The notes beneath the pieces are model-generated. The model did no database searches. It was not told the DNA's origin and saw only the letters and a list, made by a program, of their open reading frames with translations. A program made the position numbers and the translations under genes. From Minisyncoccota bacterium (GTDB lineage Bacteria; Patescibacteriota; Minisyncoccia; Phycocordibacterales; PALSA-1337), in contig JBAYJB010000001.1 of assembly GCA_041665325.1 (NCBI GenBank), positions 162,817 through 226,816 on the forward strand: a DNA stretch of 64,000 bases, written 5' to 3'. Below, one piece after another: positions 1 to 9,761 of this stretch. Each line of letters begins with the position of its first letter. Within the stretch, counting starts at the first letter, position 1.

Positions 1-281
1 CAGCGGCCGAGATCCTAGCCGGTGCTCTCCAGGAGCAGGGAGTAGCCAAGCTCGTCGGCGTCAAGACTTTTGGCAAGGGTTCGGTCCAGGAATTGGTGAA
101 GATCACCGAGGATACTTCGCTCAAGGTCACCATCGCCAGATGGCTGACCCCACAGGGCCACAACCTGTCCCACGATGGCCTCGTTCCCGACTATGAAGTC
201 AAGACGAGTGATGCCGACACCGCAGCCGGCAAGGATCCGGTCACGGACAAAGCCATCGAATTATTAAACGCTCAACCTTAA
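1..281 (+). CDS. S41 carboxyl-terminal protease, C-terminal part (5' end outside window)
   Basis: Frame open from window edge: AAEILAGALQEQG..VGVKTFGKGSVQ..KVTIARWLTP..G..PD, typical S41A motifs. Confidence 0.9.
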   Translation, partial: AAEILAGALQEQGVAKLVGVKTFGKGSVQELVKITEDTSLKVTIARWLTPQGHNLSHDGLVPDYEVKTSDADTAAGKDPVTDKAIELLNAQP

Positions 282-292
282 TATACACCACC

Positions 293-739
293 ATGCAGAT
301 CATCCTATTGAAAGACATCGCCAAGCTTGGCAAGAAGAACGATATCAAAGACGTTTCCAGCGGATACGCCCTCAACCTGCTCATCCCGCGGGGCGACGCC
401 GTCGCGGCCACCAAGCAGTCGCGCAAGCAGGTCGAAGTCCAAAAGATTAAAGCAGAAGGGGAGAGGAAGGTAGAGGATGAGCTCCAAGCCAAGAACATCG
501 AAGGTCTGAACAAGACTGTCCTAACCGTCAAAGGCAAAGCCAACGACAAAGGTCATCTCTTCGCCGGTCTGCACCAGAAGGAGATCGCCGCCGAACTATT
601 CAAGCAAACCCGTCTACAGATCAGTCCGGAATCGATCCAACTCGAACATCCGATCAAAGAAGTCGGCGAGCACACTATTTCCGTCGCCGCGGGAGGGAAG
701 TCAGCCAAGTTCAAGCTCGTTATTGAGGCAGTCAAATAA
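293..739 (+). CDS. rplI: 50S ribosomal protein L9
   Basis: MQIILLKDIAKLGKKNDIKDVSSGYALNLLIP N-terminus; GHLFAG and PIKEVGEH C-domain. Confidence 0.96.
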   Translation: MQIILLKDIAKLGKKNDIKDVSSGYALNLLIPRGDAVAATKQSRKQVEVQKIKAEGERKVEDELQAKNIEGLNKTVLTVKGKANDKGHLFAGLHQKEIAAELFKQTRLQISPESIQLEHPIKEVGEHTISVAAGGKSAKFKLVIEAVK

Positions 740-742
740 ATA

Positions 743-868
743 GCCCTGCAAACAATACTAGCTCTGAAGAACATCTGCAGGCGATTCCGAGCACGGAATC
801 GCCGAAGCCGAAGAAGGACCCCTGCAGGGGTCCTTCTGTTTCTGAAGAGTTAGTATTGCTTGTAGGGC
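743..868 (+). repeat. Y-shaped inverted-repeat structure between convergent rplI and rpmA (bidirectional terminator, structured RNA or MITE-like)
   Basis: Arms 743-773/837-868 pair (two G-T, one mismatch, tandem GA); inner perfect hairpins 780-803 and 813-836. Confidence 0.7.
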
Positions 869-873
869 GTAAT

Positions 874-1146
874 TTAGACTACATGCGCGATCTTCTTGCG
901 GAGGATGTCGTTGTTGAAGCCTGTCTTGCGCTTGGTGGAGAATTGGACTGTGCCGCCCTTCATGGCAAAGAGGGTATGATCCTTACCCATGCCGATATTG
1001 CGTCCCGGGAGGACTTCGGTGCCGCGCTGGCGGATGATGATCTGGCCTACCGTGACGGCTTGGCCGTGATTGACCTTGACCCCCAGATATTGAGGATTGG
1101 AATCTCGTCCGTTCTTGGTTGTACCGGCTGCTTTCTTATGGGCCAT
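874..1146 (-). CDS. rpmA: 50S ribosomal protein L27
   Basis: [32 protein letters not shown]; start reassigned to ATG 1146. Confidence 0.97.
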   Translation of the reverse strand: MAHKKAAGTTKNGRDSNPQYLGVKVNHGQAVTVGQIIIRQRGTEVLPGRNIGMGKDHTLFAMKGGTVQFSTKRKTGFNNDILRKKIAHVV

Positions 1147-1286
1147 AGTCCAAAGAGTGTAGCATAGGGGAGTAAAACGAGCAAGATTCGGGGCAATTCT
1201 GGCCAATTCCCGTAATATGGCTCTAAATATGGGTATTTGATGTCTGTTATATGGCTCTACAGAGCCATATTATGGTCATAGGGGGC

Positions 1287-1315
1287 TTGACTTACGAGCT
1301 TGAACCTGCTACACT
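1287..1315 (+). promoter_or_regulatory. sigma70-type promoter
   Basis: TTGACT-N17-TACACT with extended TG. Confidence 0.65.
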
Positions 1316-1374
1316 AGTCTAGTAAGTGAGCTGAAGTAATCGTCATGATTTCCAGGCTCATTTTTTAATTGACA

Positions 1375-1833
1375 ATGATAGAAGTAGCCACTGGTGTGGC
1401 ATTCCTCATGTCTTCGCTCTACGGAGCCGGACACCAGAGTGCCGCAGTTGCCAACGTTGCCGCCGCTCCGACTACTGGGCAGGCGACAACCACCGAAGTT
1501 AGAACATCGGCCAGTTCCAAGGAAGTTGAGGCTTATGTGCGTAAGAACGCCAATGAGCCCCTCTTGATCGAGATCGCCCGCTGTGAATCGACCTTCCGTC
1601 AGTATGACGCGAGTGGTCAGGTCATCAGGGGTAAGGTCAACCGGAACGACGTAGGCGTGATGCAGATCAACGAGCATTATCACGCCGACGACGCACACAA
1701 GCTCGGATATGACATATACACTCTAGAGGGCAATTTGGCCTTTGCCGAATACCTCTATAGCAAGTACGGGAGCGATCCCTGGTCATCTTCAGCCAAGTGT
1801 TGGTCGAAGGGAGCTGAATTAGCTCAGAGATAA
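1375..1833 (+). CDS. secreted lytic transglycosylase (SLT/lysozyme-like) domain protein
   Basis: Hydrophobic N-terminus; IARCES (catalytic Glu), GVMQIN, GN..A..LY..YG..PW motifs. Confidence 0.7.
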   Translation: MIEVATGVAFLMSSLYGAGHQSAAVANVAAAPTTGQATTTEVRTSASSKEVEAYVRKNANEPLLIEIARCESTFRQYDASGQVIRGKVNRNDVGVMQINEHYHADDAHKLGYDIYTLEGNLAFAEYLYSKYGSDPWSSSAKCWSKGAELAQR

Positions 1834-1881
1834 GTCAGGGATAAACTAAGTAGGTAGAATTTCATTATCAAGTCGAAATAT

Positions 1882-1931
1882 AAGGGCCTCATCCGAAACC
1901 TGCCTACCGGCAGGCAGGGGGTGGGGCCTTT
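1882..1931 (+). terminator. hairpin terminator interrupted by a 20-bp palindrome
   Basis: GGCCTCATCC-GAAA-[CCTGCCTACCGGCAGGCAGG]-GGGTGGGGCC-TTT. Confidence 0.6.
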
Positions 1932-2034
1932 GTGTTTGGCGCGGCGGGCGGCTTTATCGCAATATGCTATGTCGCACAATATACATTATAGACACCATCC
2001 TATATAGCTTAGAGCCACCATGGCCTTATATGCC

Positions 2035-2370
2035 TTATTGGACGAACGGTATGGTCGGCAGGTTCCTAGTCGAGCTGCTGATCTCATTGATGTTAGTGGG
2101 CTGTCCCTCCTTCATGGCCTCTAGATTGTCGATAGCCGGGGTCCAGATCAGATCGATGAAGATGCGCCAGGCATAGCTAGCCGGAACCTTGAGATAGCTG
2201 TCCCAGACCGTGATAGTGGTCGAAGCGACATACGAGACATTGTCCTTGTTGGTCGGCGTGTTGACCAGCTGGCGGAGATTGATGCCGAAATAGCTCAAGA
2301 CGAGCAGGCCAATGATGATGATCAGGATGATCTTGATGAGTCCCCTATCCCCTGCCGGACGATTTTTCAT
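2035..2370 (-). CDS. small single-TM hypothetical protein with prepilin-like leader
   Basis: MKNRPAGDRG|LIKIILIIIIGLLVL; lacks pilin Glu5; TATAAT 6 nt upstream of ATG 2370. Confidence 0.7.
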   Translation of the reverse strand: MKNRPAGDRGLIKIILIIIIGLLVLSYFGINLRQLVNTPTNKDNVSYVASTTITVWDSYLKVPASYAWRIFIDLIWTPAIDNLEAMKEGQPTNINEISSSTRNLPTIPFVQ

Positions 2371-2391
2371 GTCCATATTATAACCTCGATT

Positions 2392-3687
2392 CTACAGACC
2401 TGGCAAATAAGAAAGTGGATTGAGATAGGCCTTGATGGCGGCGATCGGGATGGTCGCGCCTTGGCAATTCCTGCTATTGGTGAAGAGCTTGATCTCCACA
2501 CCCTCCGTAGCGTAGACGCCGAAATGGAGGTGTGGACCGGTGCTAGCTCCAGTATTGCCGCTGTAACCGATGACAGCGCCAGTGGCGACGCTCTGGCCGA
2601 CACTCGCGGTCTGGAGCGATAGATGGGCGTAGAGAGTCGAGAGGCCGTTGGGGTGCGCGATCATGACCCATTTGCCGAACGAGGCGCATGTCCGATAGAG
2701 GTCGGTGTTGCCGGCGCCCACCACGATACCGGAGAGGGCCGCTCGGAGCGGCGTGCCGATCGAGGCCCGCAGATCGATGCCGTTGTGGCCGGCGCCTTTG
2801 TAGACCTGGGGATTGGCGGTGGCAAAAGGCGTGTTGCCGAAGTATTGCGTGACAAAAATGTTGTCGAGCGGCCAAGCTAGAACTGATGTGCCGACCCTCG
2901 GCAAGTTGAGCATGTTCACCGTGAGTTTGAGCTCCGACTCATATTGTGAGATCTCCTTCTCGAATGCGTCTTTGAGCTTCTGCTTATCCACCAGAAGCTT
3001 TTGATAAGCCGTTTCTGAATTCTTGGTCTGCTTGAGGAGGTCATTCTTCTCGGCCTGGGTAGCCAAGACCACCTTGCGCTGACTGTTCAACTGGCTCTGG
3101 AGTTTGACCAGTTCGGCCTTGGCCTTCTCTGTAGCTCTCTTATTGTCCTCCAGATCAGCTTTAGCGACCTGAAGAGCATTGATGCGGCTGCCGAGGTCGG
3201 CCTGCAACTCGACGAGCGCGTCTACAGCTTTCCAGGCGCCGGAGAACGAGCCGGTGGATAGAAGCACCTCCGGCAGAGACAGACGGCCGATCTGGCTGAT
3301 CTCCTTGAATGATTCTTTGACGAAGCGGGTGTCGTCGCTGATCTTGCCTTGAGTCGTGCCGATCTTGGAATTCAACTGCTGGATCTTCAGATTCTGGGTG
3401 TCGATCTTGTCTACTGTGACCGCGATGTCGGCCGCGAGCTTCTTCTGGGTGAGGTCGAGCGATCTGATGACACTGCTCAATGATGACTTCTGAGCATTGA
3501 GGGTGTTGAGCTCCGTCTGATAGCCGCGGATATCCTTCTCGAGCGAGAGGATATCGGCATTGCGCTGGTTGATCTTGGCCTCAAGGTCGGCTACGGAAGT
3601 CTGAGCATGCGTGGCGCGAGGCGCCAAGAATGAGATCAGCAGGAAAAATATTGCCGTTGCGACGAATTTATGGCGGTTGCGAACCAT
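2392..3687 (-). CDS. M23 peptidase with coiled coil (EnvC/NlpD-like)
   Basis: Signal peptide, long coiled coil, HNGID and GPHLHF zinc motifs. Confidence 0.9.
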   Translation of the reverse strand: MVRNRHKFVATAIFFLLISFLAPRATHAQTSVADLEAKINQRNADILSLEKDIRGYQTELNTLNAQKSSLSSVIRSLDLTQKKLAADIAVTVDKIDTQNLKIQQLNSKIGTTQGKISDDTRFVKESFKEISQIGRLSLPEVLLSTGSFSGAWKAVDALVELQADLGSRINALQVAKADLEDNKRATEKAKAELVKLQSQLNSQRKVVLATQAEKNDLLKQTKNSETAYQKLLVDKQKLKDAFEKEISQYESELKLTVNMLNLPRVGTSVLAWPLDNIFVTQYFGNTPFATANPQVYKGAGHNGIDLRASIGTPLRAALSGIVVGAGNTDLYRTCASFGKWVMIAHPNGLSTLYAHLSLQTASVGQSVATGAVIGYSGNTGASTGPHLHFGVYATEGVEIKLFTNSRNCQGATIPIAAIKAYLNPLSYLPGL

Positions 3688-3691
3688 GGCA

Positions 3692-5032
3692 TCAGGCGAG
3701 CTTGTTCAGAGCGGCGTTGATCCTATTGATCGACTCTTCCCTGCCGATGATCTCGGCCGAAAGGAACGGGTCAGGCGAACGCTCCTGGCCGGTCAGAGCT
3801 ACACGCAGCGGCCAGAGCACATCTCCCTTGCCGCGCGCCTCGACATACGGCCAGAGTGCTTCTTTGATCTTGGGGGCCGTGAATGAGCTGTCATCGAGCT
3901 TCTTCAGGAAATTGAGACATTCGCGGAGACTGACAGCGGCCTTGGCGGGATCGGGGTCTTTCTTCCATGGGAGCATGGCGGCCTGATATTCACCGACTTG
4001 CCTCACGAAGTACAGCTCGCCACCCGGGTCGAACAGGCCCGCGACTTCGCCGAAAGTGGAGATCTTGTCCTTCAGGACCGGCAGAAGGCGCCGGAAGATC
4101 GGATGCTTAACCGATAGCCATTCCGGCAAGAATGGGATGGCGCGCTCGGTCAGAGCCTCGTCGGATAGCTTGAGGATGTACTGGCGGTTGAACCAGAGCA
4201 ATTTGCTCTCATCGAAGATGGCGCCGCCCTTCTGGACGCGCTCGAGCGAGAAGCCGCTGACGATCTCGTCGAACGACAGGAGCTCGCGGTCGTCGGCCGG
4301 ATGCCAGCCAAGGAGCACGAGATAGTTGACTACGGCTTCCGGCAGGAAGCCGCGATTGCGGTATTCGGTGATCGGGACGGCGCCCTTGCGCTTGGAGAGC
4401 TTGGAACGATCGGCAGAGAGGAGGAGCGGGATGTGCGCGTACTGGGGCACCGGGAATCCTAGGGCTTCATAGAGCAGGATGTGGCGCGGAGTGTTCGAGA
4501 TATGATCTTCGCCGCGGATGACGTGCGTCACTCCGGAGGTGGCGTCATCGACGACCACAGCCATATGGAAGACCGGCTCCGTCTCTGATTTGGCGATCAC
4601 GAAATCGCCGAGCTCGGTCGTGTCGAATTCTACTTTGCCGCGGATCATGTCGTCAAAGGAGACTTTCTTCTTGGGATTCTTGAAACGGATGACTTCCCCC
4701 CTTCTTGGCTCCTTATCGCCTTCCCGAGACTCCTCCTTGGAGACATACGCGTGACCGGAATCAATCAGTCTCTTGATCTGTTCACGGTATACGTCCGTCC
4801 TATCCGACTGTCGGTAGAACTCGTCATAGGTCAATCCTAGCCACTTCAGACTGTCGGTGATATTCTCCTCGTACTCCTTCTTGGAGCGATCCTTGTCGGT
4901 GTCCTCTATGCGCAGAATGAACTTACCCTTGTTCTGACGTGCGAAGATATGGGAGAAGAGGGCTGTACGATAACTGCCGGCATGGAAGTAGCCGGTCGGC
5001 GACGGGGCAAAACGGGTGACGATCTGGCTCAT
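3692..5032 (-). CDS. gltX: glutamate--tRNA ligase
   Basis: RFAPSPTG, LRIEDTD, THVIRGEDH, KLSKR. Confidence 0.96.
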   Translation of the reverse strand: MSQIVTRFAPSPTGYFHAGSYRTALFSHIFARQNKGKFILRIEDTDKDRSKKEYEENITDSLKWLGLTYDEFYRQSDRTDVYREQIKRLIDSGHAYVSKEESREGDKEPRRGEVIRFKNPKKKVSFDDMIRGKVEFDTTELGDFVIAKSETEPVFHMAVVVDDATSGVTHVIRGEDHISNTPRHILLYEALGFPVPQYAHIPLLLSADRSKLSKRKGAVPITEYRNRGFLPEAVVNYLVLLGWHPADDRELLSFDEIVSGFSLERVQKGGAIFDESKLLWFNRQYILKLSDEALTERAIPFLPEWLSVKHPIFRRLLPVLKDKISTFGEVAGLFDPGGELYFVRQVGEYQAAMLPWKKDPDPAKAAVSLRECLNFLKKLDDSSFTAPKIKEALWPYVEARGKGDVLWPLRVALTGQERSPDPFLSAEIIGREESINRINAALNKLA

Positions 5033-5065
5033 AGAGACAGTATAACAGAAAATCCGCGGGGACGA

Positions 5066-5091
5066 GAAAAGCCCCCGGAAGGGGGCCTTTC
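5066..5091 (-). terminator. intrinsic terminator
   Basis: AAAAGCCCCC-GGAA-GGGGGCCTTT. Confidence 0.65.
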
Positions 5092-5118
5092 GCCATCGAG
5101 AGATGGAGTTCGGCAGGC

Positions 5119-5628
5119 TTAACCTTTGATGTTAGCGCCGGCGGAGAATGACGAGTGGAAGACACGCATGATGATGTTGTCCTTGGCATCCTTGAGCGGC
5201 AGATCATCCGAAGCGTTGAACTTCTGGTCGCCGTTGTCAGAGTGGAGCATAGCATAATATGTTCCGCCGTCGATCATCGGTTCCGTGAGAGTGACCTTGA
5301 CCGGGCTGATGCCGGCAGCGGCCCAAGCTGAGCCGATGATGGCTCCGGGCTGGCCGTTGCTATCCTTGTGGATGGCGACCCATCCGCCCTTGGCCAACTG
5401 GACCGAAGAGAGGTAGACGACATTGCCTGGATATTGATCGGACATGACAATACCATTTGCCCCCGGTTCGTTGCTCAAGGTATTGACCAGGTCAGGATTG
5501 GAGGTAGCAGGGGCCTTTGAAGGCTTGTTGCTAAAGACCATAACACCGATCACGATAAGGACGATGACGACGATGGCCGTGACTACCCACTGCCAAGTCT
5601 TGACGCCGCTCTGTGTATCTGGATTCAT
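5119..5628 (-). CDS. membrane-anchored hypothetical protein (beta-rich extracellular domain)
   Basis: N-terminal TM; GGWVAIH..PGAIIG..YYAMLH.D.GD..F pattern. Confidence 0.75.
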   Translation of the reverse strand: MNPDTQSGVKTWQWVVTAIVVIVLIVIGVMVFSNKPSKAPATSNPDLVNTLSNEPGANGIVMSDQYPGNVVYLSSVQLAKGGWVAIHKDSNGQPGAIIGSAWAAAGISPVKVTLTEPMIDGGTYYAMLHSDNGDQKFNASDDLPLKDAKDNIIMRVFHSSFSAGANIKG

Positions 5629-5710
5629 ATGTTTTTAATAGATTACGCTTGTAAATACGACTTTGTTGTAAGTAGGTATTATATCAGCAGATAGGCCCTA
5701 TCGCAAGGTC

Positions 5711-6847
5711 CTACCTCTCATGCTCCAACGCGATATCGAGGATGGCGTCGGCGATAATGTCCGCACTGTCCAGGCGGGCGAAGGCGCGCGCCCGCTCCCT
5801 CATGGTCTCCTTGATGGCCGGCGAACCTTGGATGCGGTCGATCTCGGCCGTGAGGATGTGTGCATGGAGGTTGTCCTCTTCGATGACGGAGGCGGCGCCG
5901 GTGCCGGCATAGGTCAGCGCATTCCGGACCTGGTCATGGGAAACATTCGCCGACAACGGGATGATGATCGACGGCACACCCCAGGCCGCGATCTCGAAAA
6001 TCGTCGAACCGGCGCGTGAGATCACTACATCGGCGACGCCTGCGGCCATGCGGAGCGCCAACTCGTTCAGATAATCGAATGGGTGGTAGCGGTAGGCGTA
6101 CGGATGGTCCTTGAGCACCACATCCGCCGTCTGCTCGACCTCCTGGATGTTGGCGCGGCCAGTCTGATGGATGACTTGATAGCGGTTGAGCAGGTCCGGC
6201 AGAGCTTCGGCGATGATGTCGTTGATATTGGCCGAACCCTGCGAACCGCCCAAGATGAGCACGACCGGCGTGTTCTGTTCGAGCTGGAGGAATTCATGGG
6301 CGCCGTTACGGAGTGGTTGGGCGATCTCAGGCCGGATCGGATTGCCGGTCCGGGCGATCTTGTCCTGATTCTTAGCGCCGAAGTACTCCGCGGCCGTCGG
6401 ATAGGAGACGGCAATCTTGCGGGCGAACTTCCCTGCCCAGAGGTTGGCGCGGCCGGGATGCGAATCGGACTCGTGGATGACGACTGGGATACGCAGCAGC
6501 TTGGCGGCAAAGAGCGCCGGCACGCTGCCATAGCCGCCCTTGCTGAAGACCACATCAGGATACAGCGAATACATCTTCATGAGGCCGATGAGACAGCCGT
6601 AAGCTGTCTTGAAGAGATCGAGGAAATTGAGCAGGGAGAAATAACGGCGCATCTTGCCGGCAGGCACGGCCACGAACTTTATCTCATTGTCGAACAGAGC
6701 CCGCTTGTTGTATGGCGTCGGAGCCATGAAGATGAGTTCCGGCGAAAGGATGTGGCGCTCCCGGGCGCGCTTGATCAGAGCTTCGGCCACGGAGATGATG
6801 GGATAGAAATGGCCGCCCGTCACGCCGCCTGTGAACAATATCTTCAT
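5711..6847 (-). CDS. murG: UDP-GlcNAc lipid II transferase MurG
   Basis: TGGVTGGHFYP, KGGYGS.P, HESD..PG.AN, GNPIR, GGSQG, ISRAG. Confidence 0.96.
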   Translation of the reverse strand: MKILFTGGVTGGHFYPIISVAEALIKRARERHILSPELIFMAPTPYNKRALFDNEIKFVAVPAGKMRRYFSLLNFLDLFKTAYGCLIGLMKMYSLYPDVVFSKGGYGSVPALFAAKLLRIPVVIHESDSHPGRANLWAGKFARKIAVSYPTAAEYFGAKNQDKIARTGNPIRPEIAQPLRNGAHEFLQLEQNTPVVLILGGSQGSANINDIIAEALPDLLNRYQVIHQTGRANIQEVEQTADVVLKDHPYAYRYHPFDYLNELALRMAAGVADVVISRAGSTIFEIAAWGVPSIIIPLSANVSHDQVRNALTYAGTGAASVIEEDNLHAHILTAEIDRIQGSPAIKETMRERARAFARLDSADIIADAILDIALEHER

Positions 6848-6904
6848 AATGTGTCTAATTCTAGCTTGAAAAGGGGTTAAGGAGAAGTGGGTTAAATAGG
6901 CGTC

Positions 6905-7999
6905 CTACTTCTTGTACTTCGATATATTCGCCACTATCCCGGCAGAGGCAAGGGTAATGACGAGGGCCGTGCCTCCGTTCGACACGAAGAGGAGCGGCAA
7001 GCCGGAGACCGGCACAAGGCCGAGCATAGCGGCGATGTTCAGGAAGGATTCGCTAACCACCAGGATGGCGATGCCGGTCGCGACCGCGGCGCCAAAGGAA
7101 TCCTGCGCCCGAGTGCCCACACGGAAGGCGCTACCGACGAATAAGGCGTAAAAGGTCAGGAGTATCATGCTACCGAAAAAACCGAATTCCTCCGCCGCCA
7201 CGGCGTAGATCGAGTCATCAGTCGGCTGCGGCAGATAGCCGAACTTCTGGATGCTCTGACCGAAGCCGCGGCCAAAGAGCCCGCCCGAACCGATGGCGAT
7301 GAGCGACTGGTTGATCTGATAGCTCGAGCCTTGGGTGTTGGTGTTGCGATCGAAGAACACTTTGACGCGCTCCATGGCGTACGGACGCAGGAAGACGACG
7401 CTGACCACCAAGATCACACCGAAAAGCCCGGCGGTCATGATATAGCGGAGCGGTAGGCCGGCGATGAAGAGCATGGCGATACCGGTCGCCCCGATGATCA
7501 CCAGAGTATCAGTGTCAGACTGAATGAGCAGGAGGACGCCGAGGATCGACATGAGGACTATATAGGGCACCAGGCCAAAGCGAAAAGTCCTGATACGATC
7601 CCTGGCAAAATGTATCCAAGCAGACAGATAGATGATGAAACCGATCTTCAAAAGCTCCGACGGTTGGAAAGATAATAAGCCGAAGGAGAGCCAGCGGGAA
7701 GCACCGTTGTAGTGGAGGGTCAGACTAGGAATGAAAAGTAGGAGGTTCACCGCCACCGCCCCGAAAAATATGAAAAAGGCCAGTTTCCTCCAGTTCGTAT
7801 ATTTGATCTTCGAGATGACGAAGAATAGAACGCCGCCAAGAATGAGAGAGATCATCTGCTTCAGGGCGATCGTTCCAAAGTTCGCGCCATTCTGCGTGAG
7901 CAGCCCGAGCGAAGCGGACAAGAAGATGACGAAGCCGGCAATCGCCAGAGCCCCCGTAGTCAACAGAAAGAAACGATCTATCTTGGCGCGAGAATTCAT
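6905..7999 (-). CDS. ftsW: SEDS peptidoglycan polymerase, FtsW
   Basis: Multi-TM; GASRW, FQPSE..K, YQ..QS..AIGSGG..G.G.GQS.QK..YLP, EEFG; next to murG. Confidence 0.88.
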   Translation of the reverse strand: MNSRAKIDRFFLLTTGALAIAGFVIFLSASLGLLTQNGANFGTIALKQMISLILGGVLFFVISKIKYTNWRKLAFFIFFGAVAVNLLLFIPSLTLHYNGASRWLSFGLLSFQPSELLKIGFIIYLSAWIHFARDRIRTFRFGLVPYIVLMSILGVLLLIQSDTDTLVIIGATGIAMLFIAGLPLRYIMTAGLFGVILVVSVVFLRPYAMERVKVFFDRNTNTQGSSYQINQSLIAIGSGGLFGRGFGQSIQKFGYLPQPTDDSIYAVAAEEFGFFGSMILLTFYALFVGSAFRVGTRAQDSFGAAVATGIAILVVSESFLNIAAMLGLVPVSGLPLLFVSNGGTALVITLASAGIVANISKYKK

Positions 8000-8586
8000 C
8001 ACTTCCCTATTGTAGCATCAGCCGCGACAGGTGCGGTGGGTGCGGCAGACTCCTCGGTGGCATTGCTCTGCTTGAAGCCCTCGATCTCATTCCTGATCTG
8101 CTCATATTCCGGCAATTCGATGATCTTCGAGACTCCCAGATGGGAAAGTAAGTCTAGAGTGGGCTTGTATAGGTAGCTCCGAGCGTCTGCGGGGTTGTCG
8201 ACACGCTCTACCAGGCCGCGGATGAGCAGAGCCCGCAGGATGAACTGTGAATTGACTCCACGGATGTAGTCTATCTCGGCTCGTGAGATCGGTCCTTGAT
8301 ACAAAACAATTGAAAGTGTTTCTAACCCGGCCTTACCAAGATCTCGTGTCAATTCGTCTTTTGTAAGCTTCTCAATCAACGGCGATAATTCCTTGGCTGT
8401 ACCCAACATGACATCGTCGTCGGTCTGGACTAGTGTCACCCCCCTGCCCTTCAGAGAATTATCGAGCTCGATCAAGCCCGCCCTGATCGACTTCACATCG
8501 ACGTCCAAGAGCGCAGCCAACTTCTTGATGCCGACCGGCTCGGCTTTCCAGAACAGGACGGCTTCTATCTTCTTGGCGAGTTCCAT
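7999..8586 (-). CDS. scpB: SMC-ScpAB subunit ScpB
   Basis: IEAVLF, LETLSIV.Y.GPISRAEIDYIRGVNS. Confidence 0.95.
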   Translation of the reverse strand: MELAKKIEAVLFWKAEPVGIKKLAALLDVDVKSIRAGLIELDNSLKGRGVTLVQTDDDVMLGTAKELSPLIEKLTKDELTRDLGKAGLETLSIVLYQGPISRAEIDYIRGVNSQFILRALLIRGLVERVDNPADARSYLYKPTLDLLSHLGVSKIIELPEYEQIRNEIEGFKQSNATEESAAPTAPVAADATIGK

Positions 8587-8605
8587 ATAGGTGGATTATA
8601 TCAGA

Positions 8606-9328
8606 TTAATATCTTGGCACGCCCACTTCCTTGGTCTGCATCTCGATATCGGAGAAATCGCGTTCCTGCGAGACTTGCAGGACGCCCTGTTTGACCAGCT
8701 CGAGCATAGCCAAGAAGCTCACGATCACGCTGATGCGCTCGCCTTTGTGTTCAGACGTGAATTGCCGGAAGCTCATCTTGAGCTGGCTGCCAATGCGCTC
8801 CGTCAGGTTGCCGATCATCTCTTCGAGACTAACGACCTTGCGGACGGTGACCTTGGACAGCGTCTCCTTCTTGGGCAGGCGGTTGACCAGATCCTTGAGA
8901 GTGTTCAGGGCCTTTTCCAGCGTGAATGCGGGATCAGGGGCGAATACCGGATGGACGGCCCTCGACTCCTGCTGGGAGAAGATCATATCGCCATCCCAGA
9001 GGGCTTGGACCTGCCGGCTGGCCTCCTTGATGCGCTTGTAGATCTTGAGGCGGATCTCCAGGTCATGGATATCGCCCTGCTCTTCTTCGGTCAGGTTCAA
9101 ATCTGGGAGCAGGGACTTGGACTTGATGAGGAGGAGCGTCGAAGCCACCAAGATGAAGTGCGCCGACTCCCCCATGGGCATTTCGACAAAATTCCTCACA
9201 TGCTCGATGAAGTCGTCGGTGACTTTCGATAGCGAGATATCGTTGACGAGGAGCTTGCGCTGTTCGATCAATTCGAGCAACAGATCCAACGGACCTTCAA
9301 ATGATGAGGTTTTGATGGTGAAGGGCAT
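8606..9328 (-). CDS. scpA: segregation/condensation protein ScpA
   Basis: FEGPLDLLL.LI, ASTLLLIKSK.LLP, FLAMLELVK; start reassigned to ATG 9328. Confidence 0.95.
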   Translation of the reverse strand: MPFTIKTSSFEGPLDLLLELIEQRKLLVNDISLSKVTDDFIEHVRNFVEMPMGESAHFILVASTLLLIKSKSLLPDLNLTEEEQGDIHDLEIRLKIYKRIKEASRQVQALWDGDMIFSQQESRAVHPVFAPDPAFTLEKALNTLKDLVNRLPKKETLSKVTVRKVVSLEEMIGNLTERIGSQLKMSFRQFTSEHKGERISVIVSFLAMLELVKQGVLQVSQERDFSDIEMQTKEVGVPRY

Positions 9329-9332
9329 TGTT

Positions 9333-9653
9333 TCAGGCAGGTGTACGCTCAAGCTGTTCGATATGAGTCCTGTGATCAATCAGCTCCTCCCGATACATCT
9401 GCATCTCGGCTTTGATAGGGCGGAGCTCTTCGCCAAATATATCTCTGACCTCCTCTCTCGTCGGCCTAGTCTCGATGAGTTCCTTAACCAGTCCCATCCG
9501 ATGATCGAACTCATTCAAGGCAACCCCGATATAATGCTCAACTCTGGCAGAAAATCTCTTTTCTGCTGCAGAGACAGCAGTATCGACAGCCTTGCTTACA
9601 GCCCTATCTACAGAAACATCTATATATTTTGAAATATTTGGTTCAATACGCAT
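9333..9653 (-). CDS. hypothetical coiled-coil protein
   Basis: 106-aa helical ORF ending 4 nt before the scpA start. Confidence 0.65.
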   Translation of the reverse strand: MRIEPNISKYIDVSVDRAVSKAVDTAVSAAEKRFSARVEHYIGVALNEFDHRMGLVKELIETRPTREEVRDIFGEELRPIKAEMQMYREELIDHRTHIEQLERTPA

Positions 9654-9761
9654 TGGAATATTGTGATAGTAATAATACCACAATCTTAGCAATTGCAGGT
9701 TCAAGGAATCTTCAAGAAAGGTTAAAATCCTGATGAATTTTTGTTCAAATTCTAGTGAAGA

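Noticed and set aside
763-848. Two CTGAAGA motifs suggesting a hammerhead ribozyme
   Set aside because: Neither is followed by stem II plus GAAA in the required topology; they are the symmetric GA mismatches of the outer stem.
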